Shown: one piece after another, positions 23,043 to 34,589 of the stretch
Numbering within the stretch: position 1 is the first letter of the stretch
How the letters are laid out: every line of letters begins with the position of its first letter
Origin: Lama guanicoe
Lineage: Eukaryota
Assembly (NCBI GenBank): GCA_013239625.1
Contig: MU053379.1
Location: forward strand, 1,780,866-1,844,865
DNA length: 64,000 nt
Direction of reading: 5' to 3'
Program-made: the position numbers and the translations under genes
Notes under the pieces: model-generated
Databases searched by the model: none
What the model was told of the DNA's origin: nothing
The model's input: the letters and a program-made list of their open reading frames with translations, nothing else

Positions 23043-26000
23043 AAGATGATGGGTAGCTATGAATATGACAGTGGTCCACTAGGAAAAAATACCCACCGTC
23101 ACACCCACGCAGTGACTCAGAATCACCAACAAATGCCGACAACTGAGCAAAAAGGAAATTAAAAATTGGGAGCTGTTACAAAATAAGTCGTTTCTTTTAA
23201 GTCCGTTTTTAACTGAACACTGAAAATAACCTGAGCCCCACCTCGTAGACACGGCGCGTGTGAGCCCCGACCTTGAGTGTGGACTCACGCACGTCTAGGA
23301 GTTTGTGGTCTGCGAAATGCTGACAGCTCAGGAAGCGTCTAAAGGGGCAGTTTTACCAGCTTTTTGATGAGGGTGTTCGGCGAGGGTGGGGAGGGAGGGA
23401 CGTCGGCAGGCCTTCCCTGGTGGAGCAGGGCTTTTGTCTGAATCTGGGTGACTGCGTGTGCAGGTGACAGCCTGGAGGTGACGAGCAGCTGGCCAGTTTG
23501 GCCAGGGCCGTGGGTGACCAGACCTGGCTGATGCTGGGATGCCTGCGGGACTGAGTCTCTAGGCAGGGGTGAAGGGGCGCTACATCCAGGAACACCCCTG
23601 CAAGGGTGTCTCCCCACCCCGTCACCAACACTCAGCCTTATCCTGTCTGAAGGTGCTCTCCGAACACCTTGCGGTCTTTCCTCTGCTTGGGCTTCGCTGC
23701 TCTGGGTTAGAGGCAGCCACGGCAGAGGCTGACCTGTTGCCTCATTGAGCAAGTGGCTCCGCTGATCCTCTCCTCCCTCCGTCCCGCCCTCCGTCTCCAT
23801 CGGTGGCTTGTCTGACACAGCTGGCACTGTCTGGTGTTATGGAGACACAACCCTGCTTTGTTGTGGAAACTGCTCTGTCGGGTCTGGTCGCTGTGGGCTG
23901 GTAGGGGGTGGCGGCTGGAAACCTGGGGATGAGGCCAGAGGGCACAGGGGACCCTGGTGGTCTGGGCCTCACTCGCTGGCTGATGTAGGAGCTGAACTGG
24001 GCTGACGTCGGTGCGTGGGGTCCTGGGAGCTTTTTCCGCTTTGTTATAGAGGCGGAGCAATGAGAGAGACGGGTCACTTCTATGCCCCCACCTCCAGTCC
24101 AAAGTCTTTGCATGGAAATGAAAATGGAATGATTTTAGGAGGTAAAGAACAGGGGGCCTACACCGTGACCCCGAGCACCCACCCCCGGGTGCCAGGCTGA
24201 GGAGGTGCCCTGTAAATACGCTGTCTTGTTCCTGGAAGGGTGCAGGCCTCAGCACATCTTGGGGTGACACGTCTCTTTCCAAGCGAGCGAATTCTCAGAC
24301 TAATGTATCAGAGCCTGGAATTTTCTCCCTGAGGCTCTTTGCACAAAATGTGAGATCAAATGCAAACAGATTAAGAAATAAAAGGCAGAAGCTACCTTGG
24401 GATTGATGAAGCTCCTGATGCTGAAAGATAAATAGCACATTAGTTATTGCAGCTCTGGCTCCTTCCAAAATTCAGTTTCCTGGGGGAGCTTCCAGAGACC
24501 GGGAGAGGGCAGGTAGGACAAAAATAACCGTTTCCCTGGGAAAAGGAGCCCACTGGGGTCTGTCTCCCTCCTCCAGGGCTGGCAGAGGACTTGACAGCCT
24601 GCTCCCCATCCCCCAAACCCTGCCATGAGCGGGCCTGCTGGAGGGAGGGGACAGGAGGACCTCCCTGGGCTGAGGGAGCCACCAGGCTGGGGGTGCTGTC
24701 GGGCTGGGGGCCGGAAACTCTCGTTTTCCTTCCCTGGGTGGTGTTTGGCTTCTCAGGGGGTCTTTGTCTCTGCTATGCTTCAACATTCCACTTTGCTCTG
24801 AAATCTGGCAAAATGAATATAAACTAAATCACTTCTGCGTACACTGATCTCTCTCCCCACCTTCCTCGCTGTATTCCTCTCCCTGCAGGTGCTGAGAGAA
24901 TTTTCAGGGAATTGCCAGCCCCTGGTTTCTCCCCTCCTCCCTCCTGCTCCCTTCCTGCCACCTCTCCCATCCCCAGATTGCACAATTCCTGGTGCCTGTG
25001 GCCATTTTCCCCTGAGCTAGTGTTCACTCCCTAACTCAATTAGTTCCAGATTCCCTCTCTTACTTTTATTTTTCCTATTTCTATGAGAAAAAGCCATTTG
25101 AGTGTCTTTCTTAGTTGAATAAAGGACAGTGTTCTGTGCTCCTGAACTTTCATTACCTGTGTCTCTGAATGTCAATGGGGGCAATGCAACTGGAGAACTC
25201 CCCCGCCCCCACTGTCCCACGTCAGCCTGGACAAACTTCCAGGGTCTAAATCCTCCTCTGTACCTGGTAACCAGAGCAAAGGGACAACCACACGGGCGTC
25301 GTAGGGGAGGTGCTCTGCACATCTGGGAAGATGCCAGGCTGGGAAAGGAGTAACTGAACGATACGCCCAGGAAGCAAGATCTTCCAGGCTTGCTTCGAAA
25401 TGACCCCTCTGTGGAAGGGAAGCCACGTATCAAGGCCTGTTTCATCCTTTGCCATGACCCTGCTGTCCCCAGATGCTGGTGGGGGTCATCTGGGAAGCTT
25501 GCGCTAGGTCACCTAAAAGGGGGGTGACACACTTGGAGTTTGCGGGTCCTCCCAGACCTAGGAGTGGAGAAACCTGTCCAGAGGCTCCCTCCTTTCTCCT
25601 CGCCTCCCTGGACGTCTTCAGCTAGATTCTCTGATACGATCAGACTCCATGGAGACAGCCACCCAGACTAACACCTGGCTTCCAGTGATCCTTTTTTGAA
25701 CAAGCCCTTCTGTTTTCGGCGCCACTGTAAAGGCATCTTCTCCTCAGGGCTAGAGCCACCATCCTAGCCAGCAGCCCTAGGTAGGCACCAGGGAGGAAGC
25801 CCGAAGCTCCAGGACCCCACGCACCGAGACCACTCGGTGTCCTCTGTAAACGGGCACCTTCTGCAGGGCTGCAGGGCAACACCTTGAAAGTAGGTGAGGG
25901 TAGGAGCAGAGCTGGAGTCAGGTGGGTGGGGATTACGCTCTGACCTCAGGGGTAGCGGCAGATTGACACTGTCTGCGGAAGGGTGGCCAAGAGCCTCCTC

Positions 26001-26648
26001 CTGAGGTTGGCGGGGGACACTCAGGCCGCCTTGCCCTGGGACAGTGTCGGCTGTCCCCCTTCCCTCAGCCATAGCACTGGGCTTGGTCCAGGACGCTTGG
26101 GAGAGAAGTGTGTGTCCGGGCCGGAGCGGGGAGCCAGGACACCCCTGGTGAGCCAAGAGCCTCCGGGGAGTCCTGTTCCAGGTCCGGAGCCCGGCGCGCA
26201 GGGGGATCCCCGCAAGGGGGCGGAGGGGAACCCAGGAGGCCGGCGGGAGGAAGCGAGCCCGGTGGCCGGGCGCGCGCAGCCTAGCGCACTGGCAGTGCCC
26301 GTCTCCGGGCAGAGGGTAGGGAGGGGGCCGGAGAGACCCTCGGCCCCTACGAAAGTTTCGGGTGAATCCTTCCCGGAGATCCACCTCTCGGCGGGCGGCG
26401 CGTGTTTCCCGAAAGGGGGCCTCCCGCGCCGGCACGATCGCAGGGCTGCGCGCGGGGCTCCCTCCCCGGCTCAGTCTCCTCCCCACGCGCCCCCTCTCCG
26501 CTGGCCTGGCCAGCGCCGCTGCGTCCCCGGCACTGCCCCCCGCCCGCGCCCGCGCCCGAGCCCGAGCCGCCGCGCCGCCGCAGGCTGCGGGGAGCGGCGC
26601 CCGCCCGAGCTCCCGCCTCGCCCCGTGCTCCCGGAGAGCGTGGGAGCC

Positions 26649-26933
26649 ATGGCGCGCGAGGAGGAGAGGGACCCCGAGCGCCGGGAGGCGGCGGCGCGGG
26701 CCAGCGGCGACGAGGAGGAGGAGGAGGGAGAGGAGGGACTGAGCGACAGCGACGACGAGGACGGAGACCCGGAGACCGGCGGCGGTCGCGAGGAGCAAGG
26801 CGAGGCGGCGGCGGCGGCCGCGGGGCAGGAGCGCAGCGGGGACGCCCGGACCGTCCCCGCCGCGGCCGCCCGCGAGCGGAGCGGCTGCCGCCCGCCGGGG
26901 CCCCCGCCGGGGCCGCTGCCCTGCCTCCCGAGG
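26649..26933 (+). CDS. Possible 95-aa in-frame N-terminal extension of exon 1
   Basis: gccATGG (optimal Kozak) at 26649, 285 nt upstream and in frame with no stop: MAREEERDPERREAAARASGDEEEEEGEEGLSDSDDEDGDPETGGGREEQGEAAAAAAGQE...; use depends on the transcription start site. Confidence 0.45.
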
Positions 26934-27066
26934 ATGCCGTCGCCCGACGAGGAGGACCGCGAGCGTCGCCGGAGCCGCCGGAGGGACCTTCTGCTGAGCC
27001 AGATCAGCTTCCTGGCCTTGGTGGCGCTGCTGCTCTGGTCGCTGTCGAGCATGCAGGAGCACGATG
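26934..27066 (+). CDS. SLC24A3: First coding exon of an SLC24A3 / NCKX3 (Na+/K+/Ca2+ exchanger 3)-type gene; ortholog or diverged paralog; later exons lie outside the window
   Basis: Encodes MPSPDEEDRERRRSRRRDLLLSQISFLALVALLLWSLSSMQEHD, matching the NCKX3 N-terminus I recall (MRPSGDEDRARRRRRRRRRRDLLLSQLCFLASVALLLWSLSSLREQK); 133 nt, phase 1, followed by G|GTGAGT donor at 27067; lies in a CpG island. Confidence 0.88.
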
Positions 27067-29684
27067 GTGAGTGCTCGCCGCCCGCCCCGAGTGGGCGCTG
27101 CGGCCCCGGCGGCGCGGGGCTCCCGGGCTGGGCCCGCGCGGGGGCAGGGGGGTGCCGGGCGGAGGACGCCTCTGCCCCTCGGAGGGGCCCTGGAGGCGAG
27201 GACCCCGCGGTGGGGAAGCGGCCGGCACGCTGGGTCGCATGGCTGCCCTGGGAACCCTCACCTGTGCTCCCTGGCTCGGCCCTTCCTGCTCACTAGCTGG
27301 AGGGACTGGTGGCGGCGGCAGTGGGGACTGCCACCCTAAACAAGTAATAAAGTTGTCCCGGCAAGCTCCGGTACTTGTGCAGGTAATCACCTGCACGCTC
27401 CTTGGCTGGTGGGGGGCATGAGGACGGCTGGTTGACGCGTGAACACACAGTTACTTCTTCACTCAGAGCAGGCGGGATGGTCCGGGTCGAGGGCTCCATC
27501 CCCGCCTTTCCAGAACAGGTGCCGGGAACTCCTGATGGGAAAAAAGTGCGGGCTCCCTGGCGGGGGTCTGGGACTGGTTCCCTCTGGCCGACGCTCGCGG
27601 GGAAGCTCGATGCCTCGTGTGCACGGGCAGCTCCGGAAGAACTGGGCAGCCCGTCCCTCTGCCCCTGCTCTCCCGGCGCCCTGCAGCGGGCCCACCCTTC
27701 ACCCACAACTTTTGTCTTATTTTTGTCCTTGGTTGTTCCTGAGCTGAAATAGACCTTGTGGAGAAATGTGCTCAGAACAGTTGTCCACTGAAAACACTTT
27801 GGACCCTGGGTATGCAGCTGTCAAAGAAACGGAGGACAGGCTTGCAAGAGTAACTGTTGTAAATGATTTTATATCCTCCCCGTTCGAGTGGCACGGTTCG
27901 TGGGGAAACAGCCGTAGAAATGGTTGTGAGAAAAAGCAGCTCCACATATGAGCTTTGGCGTTAAGCTAGACGTAGCTACACCACAAGGTGTTACGAAGTG
28001 CAGAAGGAAGGCATTTGGACAGTGATGGTCACGTATTTTTAAGGATGCCATCAGTTAAAAAAGGGACCTCCCCCCCGGTTGGCTGTTCTCATTCTTGGTG
28101 GGGAAAGCAGATGGCGGTCTTGGTTCAGGTCTTGGCAGACCTCTTGACAGACTTCAGCATATATGGTAGTATGAGAGAGCCCGTCCTGGTCTTCAGTGGA
28201 GCCGTGGAGACTCCTCGGTTCTCCCCACTTCTGGATCCCAGATTGTCTGGCGAGGGAGACGGACATCAGCAAGGGGACCGTGCGGGGAGAGGGAGGCTGG
28301 ACCTCTCTCCATGGGCAGAGTCAGAGCTGCCAAAAGCAGTTCCTGGTCGATTCTCCCGAAAGGGTTTTCATTAACCCCCTTTTCATCTTCCCAGTTTTCA
28401 CGAGTGCATGCCGCCTTTGGAAAGGGCCGTTCCAAGTCAGTCACATGCCGGCCATTTTCCTGCATGTTGGGGCTCCAGGAGGCTTAGAGTTCCCACCACT
28501 TCCCAGGCTACGAAAGACATTTTACTGGCTGGAGAATGTGACCCATCCAGTCCAGTCTGTCAATGGCGGGTGCCTGGACCCCAAGAAAGCTGGAATGTTC
28601 AGAGTGAGGGGGTGGCAGACACTCTGCAGACTTGAAACCTAGGGGCTGGATGTCATTTGGAAATGGTCTCCCTGACAGGGACTTTTCTGTCCAGGTGCCA
28701 CCGACTCAGAGTTTAGTTCCACCACAGTCCTTTCCACCACCTCTTCCCTTGGTCTCTCTTCCTCCTTTGTCCTCTCCACCCCCTCCCATAAATGTGTGGC
28801 TTAAGAAGAGCTCCCACCCCAGCAATTGAAGATAACAGTGAAACATCAGCAGGGGTGCCATCCAGCCCCCGAAGGGCCTGCCAGTTGTAATTCTGTCTCA
28901 TATCACCTCTTCTTCCACTAGAGATTGAGAATGTCTTTAGGTAACGCACAGCAATATTTCGCAAGGGCCAGGTGTTTCAAGATAATTTTGAAGATACGAC
29001 TTCATGTGTGTGAATCTGCAAATGGTTACTTTGCTTGAGGGGCCACCATGGCGTACTCGGCCATTTGTAGAGTGACCTCCGCCCTGGAAACTCGGGGGCT
29101 GCTCTCCTTAAGGGTCCTTGCAGTATGGAGAAAGAGTTTGGAGTTTTAGACACTGTGACTTGGAGAAGCCCAGTGATTCACTTCAGGTCACACAGCAATT
29201 GAGGAGTGGAGGACGGAGCCAGCCAGAGGTGGCCTGGCCCTTTGATCTCACCTCTGTTCCCTGGTGTTCCTGCCACCACCTGGGCGCAGCTTTATAGTAT
29301 TTATATAACCACGTAGGGGGACCTTCATGATAGTCAGAGCTGATCTTTGTAATTATTCACCTTGAAGACCACGCAGTGGTTAAGTGTGGCTTCTCAGAAG
29401 CCTGTTTTCTAACATATACTGATTTCTCTCTCCCCTTTCTCTCTTTTTACTAAAAAAGACAGTTCTTTTACAAAACCAAAATAGCAATGTGTGGCAGGTA
29501 TGTTATGTAGTCTTGTATAATTGTTTTTAGTTGCGTGGAATCGAAGGGCCCTTTCGTGACCTCTAACCAGACTCAGTATAGATTCTTTCCTGCTGAGATG
29601 GGACAGGAGCGTTGTTAAGCTTAAGTCAGGAAGAATTAGTGCTGGAATTTAGGGAGCGTTAGCTCTCACCACAGCAAAAGCGAT

Positions 29685-29880
29685 ACTAATATTCACTGGG
29701 ATTTGGTGGCTCGTAAGTGCTGGGCACTGTGCAGATACCCGCCACGGGCATCGCACCATTTAAGCTGCACATGCTCCTTGCGGACGTTCGAGCCCCGAGC
29801 CGTGGAGGAGAGACCAGCTCTAGGGGCCCCGTTAAGTTGTTGCCAGGGAAGATCTCAATTTTGATCTGATTTTCAGAGCC
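29685..29880. mobile_element. Degraded MIR
   Basis: gtgctgggcactgtgc...catttaa...gaggagagaccagctctaggg...gttaag pattern resembling the MIR core. Confidence 0.45.
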
Positions 29881-30159
29881 AGTTGAAACAGGGGTTTTTG
29901 CTAACGAGGCTTTTCTTTTCTTTTAATTCTCTGCAGTGTGAATGGATTTCTTCGTATGTTTTGAGTGGTGTAAAAGTATTTAATTTTTCTTTGAAGTAAA
30001 GAACCTGGTCCTCTTTTGCCAGAAGTGGTGTGGATAAGGCCCAGAGGTCCTAACTCGGGAGTAATCAGAGACATCCCCTCTGGAAGGCTCCCAGGGAGGT
30101 GCATCGTGAGTAAGAAACATTGCACATACACACGGACACATAAACTTTGAGCTCCTTTT

Positions 30160-30710
30160 TGGCTCAGTTTCTATTGCTGCATAACAGATCGCTCGCAACA
30201 CAGGGGTGTCAAACTGTTTACTCAAGGATGCTTTGGGTCAGGAGTTTGGACAGGGCCAAGCTGGATGGCTTGTCTCCGCTGCATTATGTCTGGGGCTCAG
30301 CTGGAGAGACTGAAAGTCTGGGTGACTTGACAGCTGGGTCCGCTGTCACCTGGAGGCAGCATCACTTCTATATCTGGGGTTGATGCCAGCTGGCCCCTCC
30401 GCTGGGCTGTCAAGCAGGGCACCTACGTGTGGCCTCTCCACGTGCCTTCACTCGAACTTCCCTGGAGCACGGCTGCCAGGTTCCAGGGGAGCAAGGTGGA
30501 GGTGCCCGGTGGCGTTCTCTCTCAGCCTCCTAAGTCGCCTGGTACCACTTCCACTGTTTTCTCTTGTTCAGGGCAGTGACAGATGCCAACCCAGGTTCAA
30601 GGAGAGGGGACACAGAAGCCACCTCTTGCTCAGTGGAGGAGTGTCAGGATGCACAGAAAGGAGAGCACGTGTGATGGGAGACACTCTTGTGGCCGTCTTT
30701 GGAAAACCAG
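30160..30710 (-). mobile_element. MLT1F/G-like MaLR LTR
   Basis: cagtttctattgctgcataaca...gggtcaggagtttggacagggc...atgtctggggctcagctgg...cacctacgtgtggcctctcca. Confidence 0.8.
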
Positions 30711-30774
30711 GGATCCAAAGGGGTGATAGCTCAAGAGTGGTGGTAGACATTTCCCACGACGGTAAAAGGCAGAT

Positions 30775-31286
30775 AATACACATATACACACACGTGTGTG
30801 CATATGTACATATGTGTGTTTGTATATACACGTGTACATATATATACGTGTGTATATGTATATGTGCATGTGTGTATATTGTCTATGTATGTGTATATAT
30901 GTGTGTGTATGTATATCTACTTGTGTATGTGTGTATGTACATGTCTGTGTATTGTGTATGTATATACGTGTGTATGTGTGTATATGTGTGTATGTATGTG
31001 TGTCTATAGGTACTTGTATATGTGTGTATATACATGTGCATACATTGTATCATGTATGCATGTGTATATACATGTGTACATATGTGTATGTGCATACATG
31101 TATATGCATGTACGTGTGTACACGTGTGTATGTGTGTGCGTGCACATGTACATGTGTGTACGTGTGTGTGTATGCATGAGCATATGTGTGTACATGTGTG
31201 TATGTTTATGTGTGTGTATGTGTATACATGAGCATATATGTGTGTGTACATGTGTGTGTATGTTTATGTGTGTGTGTGTGTATACA
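30775..31286. repeat. Complex (TG/TA/CA) alternating purine-pyrimidine tract, ~510 bp
   Basis: Directly visible tgtgtatatgtgtgtacatgtg...; near-continuous RY alternation. Confidence 0.97.
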
Positions 31287-31499
31287 GTTTTTATTGAAAT
31301 ACCTTCCAATCATGGACACGTTGCTGCTTGTCGTAACTGGCTGGGGTCCAGAAATGGCATTTGAGGAGAGGCTGCAGTGGAGCAGAGCTGAGAGCCCATG
31401 TTTAGCTTTCTGGCATCGCGTCCCTCAGAGGACCGTGACCATGACCTTTCGATCCCCACTGTGGCTTCCTGGGGGGCCTTGCCGGACTCCCGGCCGCTC

Positions 31500-31870
31500 T
31501 CCCTTTCCAGGCACCACTACTCTGGCCTTTCTTCCCCTCCTCTTAGGGGGACCCTTCTTCTAGGCCTAGACCTCCAGCACATGCTGGTCCCACTGTCACC
31601 ACCGTGGATGCTCCATCCTTCGTCCTTCACTGCCCAGCCCAAGAGCTTCCTGCCTAGGCTGGGTCCCCCCAGTTTGCTCTCTGTGCTCTGTTTTCCCTTC
31701 ATAGCTTCTATCACCGTTGGCAATTATGTATTTATTTGGTTGTGATCTGAGTACTGTCTCCTCTTTGCCTGATCCTAAGCTCCCGGAGATCAGGGACCCT
31801 GTGAACTTTCCTCCCCGTTGCCACCCCATCACCCCTCCCAGAGCAGATGCTCACAAGACATTTGTTAAGT
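31500..31870 (+). mobile_element. L2 3' end
   Basis: ctaagctcccggagatcagggaccctgtg...cagatgctcacaagacatttgtt, matching the L2 terminus. Confidence 0.65.
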
Positions 31871-33029
31871 TAGGAAGCTGTTTTGATGTCTGAGTGGCGA
31901 TGCCTGTGATGAGAACTAAGAATTGTGTGTCAGGGGCCCACTATAGGCACACACTCTTTTCATGATTTTTAATTCTGCCCCCCAATCCAGCAAATTCAGT
32001 GTTGTTCCCCATTTCTCATGGGCTCACTCTGAGCTGAGAAAGGTGAGTCCTTTGCTCAGTGTCACATCTTTAAGTGGCAGATTTGAACCCAAGGCCACCT
32101 GCGTCAGGGCTGCTGCCTGGGAGGACGGAACAGGAAATGGGAACCACGCTGCCTTTTTCAGTCGCCTGGGGAGGAGAGGAGTAACAGAAGGCTGCTTTCA
32201 TAGAAGCAGTATTTTAGAAAAACATTCCTTTTCAACCTTTTCTATTTTCTGCCTAAACTTATATAGACATGTCTCTTTCCTCCTGGCTTTTCTTAGCTGC
32301 TCATCAACCCAGATTTTTCTCAAAGATTTCCTCCACTTGAGAGTCTTGAATCCTTGTGGGAAGATTTTGTTTTTTTACCCTAGAGGGCTGGCAAAGCTAG
32401 AAGAATTGCAAAACCAGCCATTTGCTGAGAATTCCAAGGCCCAGTGGAAGCTGGCTGGTAGGACAGCGTCTTGGCAACTCTCTTTTTCCTCCAGAAGATT
32501 GCTTTTCCTTGAGCGAAATGACTTTTGGAGGGGAAAGGGGCCGATAATGGTATGCAGACTTTTATCGGGGGAAACCGAGGTAGGGGAGTTCCTGAAGTCT
32601 CAGAGCCAGTGGGTCCTGCCGGGAAGGGAATTCGAGTTTTTCTGGCCTCTTCCTGCCTTCAGTTTCTGTGGAGCTTGTTTGGCAATGACTTTTGTTTGTT
32701 GTTCGCCATGGTCTCAAACATGGCGTTATCCTGTGGGATTTGGGAATCTGAGGTATTAAGGACTCGGTGGAAGGAGGTTTTCTGTGAGTGAAGTGGTGAT
32801 GGGCACCATTCGGGCAGTTTTGATCACTGAGTTGTGATTTCTCAGGCTGGATGACATCTTCCAGGCTCTCTCCCCATCCTCACCCCTGGGTTGGGTGATG
32901 CTCTGGGGTGTTGCCAGTCCTGGGTGGGGCCACCCTGCCCCCACCTTTGTAGATGGTCCTCTATGAAACCCCGTTCAGCGGCAGACCAGAGCTCCTGCCT
33001 GGACCCGGCGGTGTAAGACATGGGCACCT

Positions 33030-33300
33030 GCGTTCACTCGTTCAGTGAACACGCGGCAGGCCTCTTCCTCGTTGCTGGGGTGACGGCGGTGTCGGAGACA
33101 GATGCCCAGGGTCTCTTCATGGTGCTCTGACTTTACTGGGAAGAGAGGCACTGAACAACTGATTTTTCAGAATTGTGAGAGATACGGAATGGGAAATACA
33201 GCATGGCGCGGTGGTCAGGAGAAGCTGGAGCCTGGAAAGTAAAAGGAATCTGGCTGGTGAAGGGTGGAGGACACAGACAAAAACTGACGGAAAAACGAGA
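33030..33300 (-). mobile_element. Degraded L2 3' fragment
   Basis: ttcactcgttcagtgaacac...ctggggtgacggcggtg...agacagat...ctcttcatggtgct resembles the reverse L2 end. Confidence 0.45.
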
Positions 33301-34344
33301 CAAGGGAAGGCAGTCCACAACCACCGCGAACGGCCGGGGGACGCGGGTGACAAGCCTCAGCCTTGACAGTAAGCAGGGAAGTCTAAATTTAAAAATGGTA
33401 AAACGCCGTTTTTCAATATCGGACCAGAAAAATGAAAATATGAAATGTTAGCAAAGGAGCAGGGGAGATGGCGTCTCTCATTTACCGCAGGTGAGGATGG
33501 AGGTCGGTACCCAGCCCCGCGGGCCACTGCATCAAGCTGACTGGGTATTGGGCAGACCCCCTCCACCCGTGAACCCCGGGCCTTTTAATGAGGTGGACTC
33601 GGAGAGAGGAGAGCGGGGGCTTAGAGCAACGCGTAGACATCTGAGCCCTGGACAGAAACCCAGCTTGCCCGGACCCGTCTGTGACTGTGGAGCATGTTGG
33701 TCATGACCCTGGGGTCTGGTGAGCTCCAGAGTTTAGAGATGAGGGGGCAGTTCCGGGGAACGGGGGAAAGGCCTCTGCCATTTCTGGAACTCTCCAAACC
33801 AACACAGGTTGCTTACTTAAACCATGAGATCTAGCCGCTGTGCCTTGCTTGTTAATCGCTCTTCATTTCTGGGAGAAGGAGAAGAAATAAAGCAAGCTCG
33901 CCGCTGACCTAGTTTGGGGGAATTTGACGTTGCAACTTTGTATTCCCCTCTTCATGTTTTCCCCTTGGTGCTTCGGCATCGTTTGGCCTTAGCAGGAGTC
34001 ATTTTGACTTTGGTGATGCGCCGTGGAAGCTGAGCCTGGGAAGGACAGGAGGAAACAGGTGGGTGTCTCGAGCAGGACTCTGATGTAAGACCAAAGCACG
34101 TGGACAGGGGTGTGGGCGACCAGGAGAGAGGGGTGCCGCAGTGGGCATCACGAAGCCAACAGCGCCAGTTTTAAGAAAGAAGGTGGAATACTCATTTTTG
34201 GACATTCTGACTTTGATTTTGGTAGGACAGCTCGGTGGAATAGCGCTGGTGGTTGAAGGTCAAGGTTGTAAGTAGCTGCTACGGGTAAAGATCTGTGAGG
34301 GGGTGCCTGAGGGTGAGAATTGTATCTGTAGTTAGTTCTCTGGG

Positions 34345-34510
34345 TCTTAGTGATCACTGCACATTGTAATCACCAGGGAACTTTGAACCTTACTCAGGCT
34401 GGGTCCTACCCACCCCCCCCGAGACTGTGATGCAACGTCCCAGGGCAGGTGGGCACTGGGGTTTCTCCAAAGTGAGGCAGATGGTCACTGTGCAGCCAAC
34501 ACTGGGCCCC
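34345..34510. mobile_element. MER5A1-like DNA transposon
   Basis: ctgcacattgtaatcaccagggaacttt...ggctgggtcctaccc...gagactgtgat...tgtgcagccaa. Confidence 0.65.
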
Positions 34511-34589
34511 CCTGGGCCAGATCGATGGTTGGTGTTAACCTGGCAGCAGCCACCTCGATGCTCTTTGGAGCTGAGCTGTGAAATACACT

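Larger units (their letters stand above)
26100..27700. promoter_or_regulatory. CpG island and promoter of the SLC24A3-type gene
   Basis: Very high GC and CpG density around exon 1; Sp1-type GGGGCGGAG at 26217-26225; no TATA box seen. Confidence 0.92.

Noticed and set aside
25764..27396. Long overlapping ORFs of 193-437 aa on both strands around the CpG island
   Set aside because: Stop-codon depletion in very GC-rich DNA. Only the 26649/26934-27066 segment has a recognisable product and a splice donor.
30796..31364. Cys/Val/Tyr/Met-rich and His/Thr-rich ORFs (also at 52851-53803)
   Set aside because: Translations of dinucleotide-like simple repeats.
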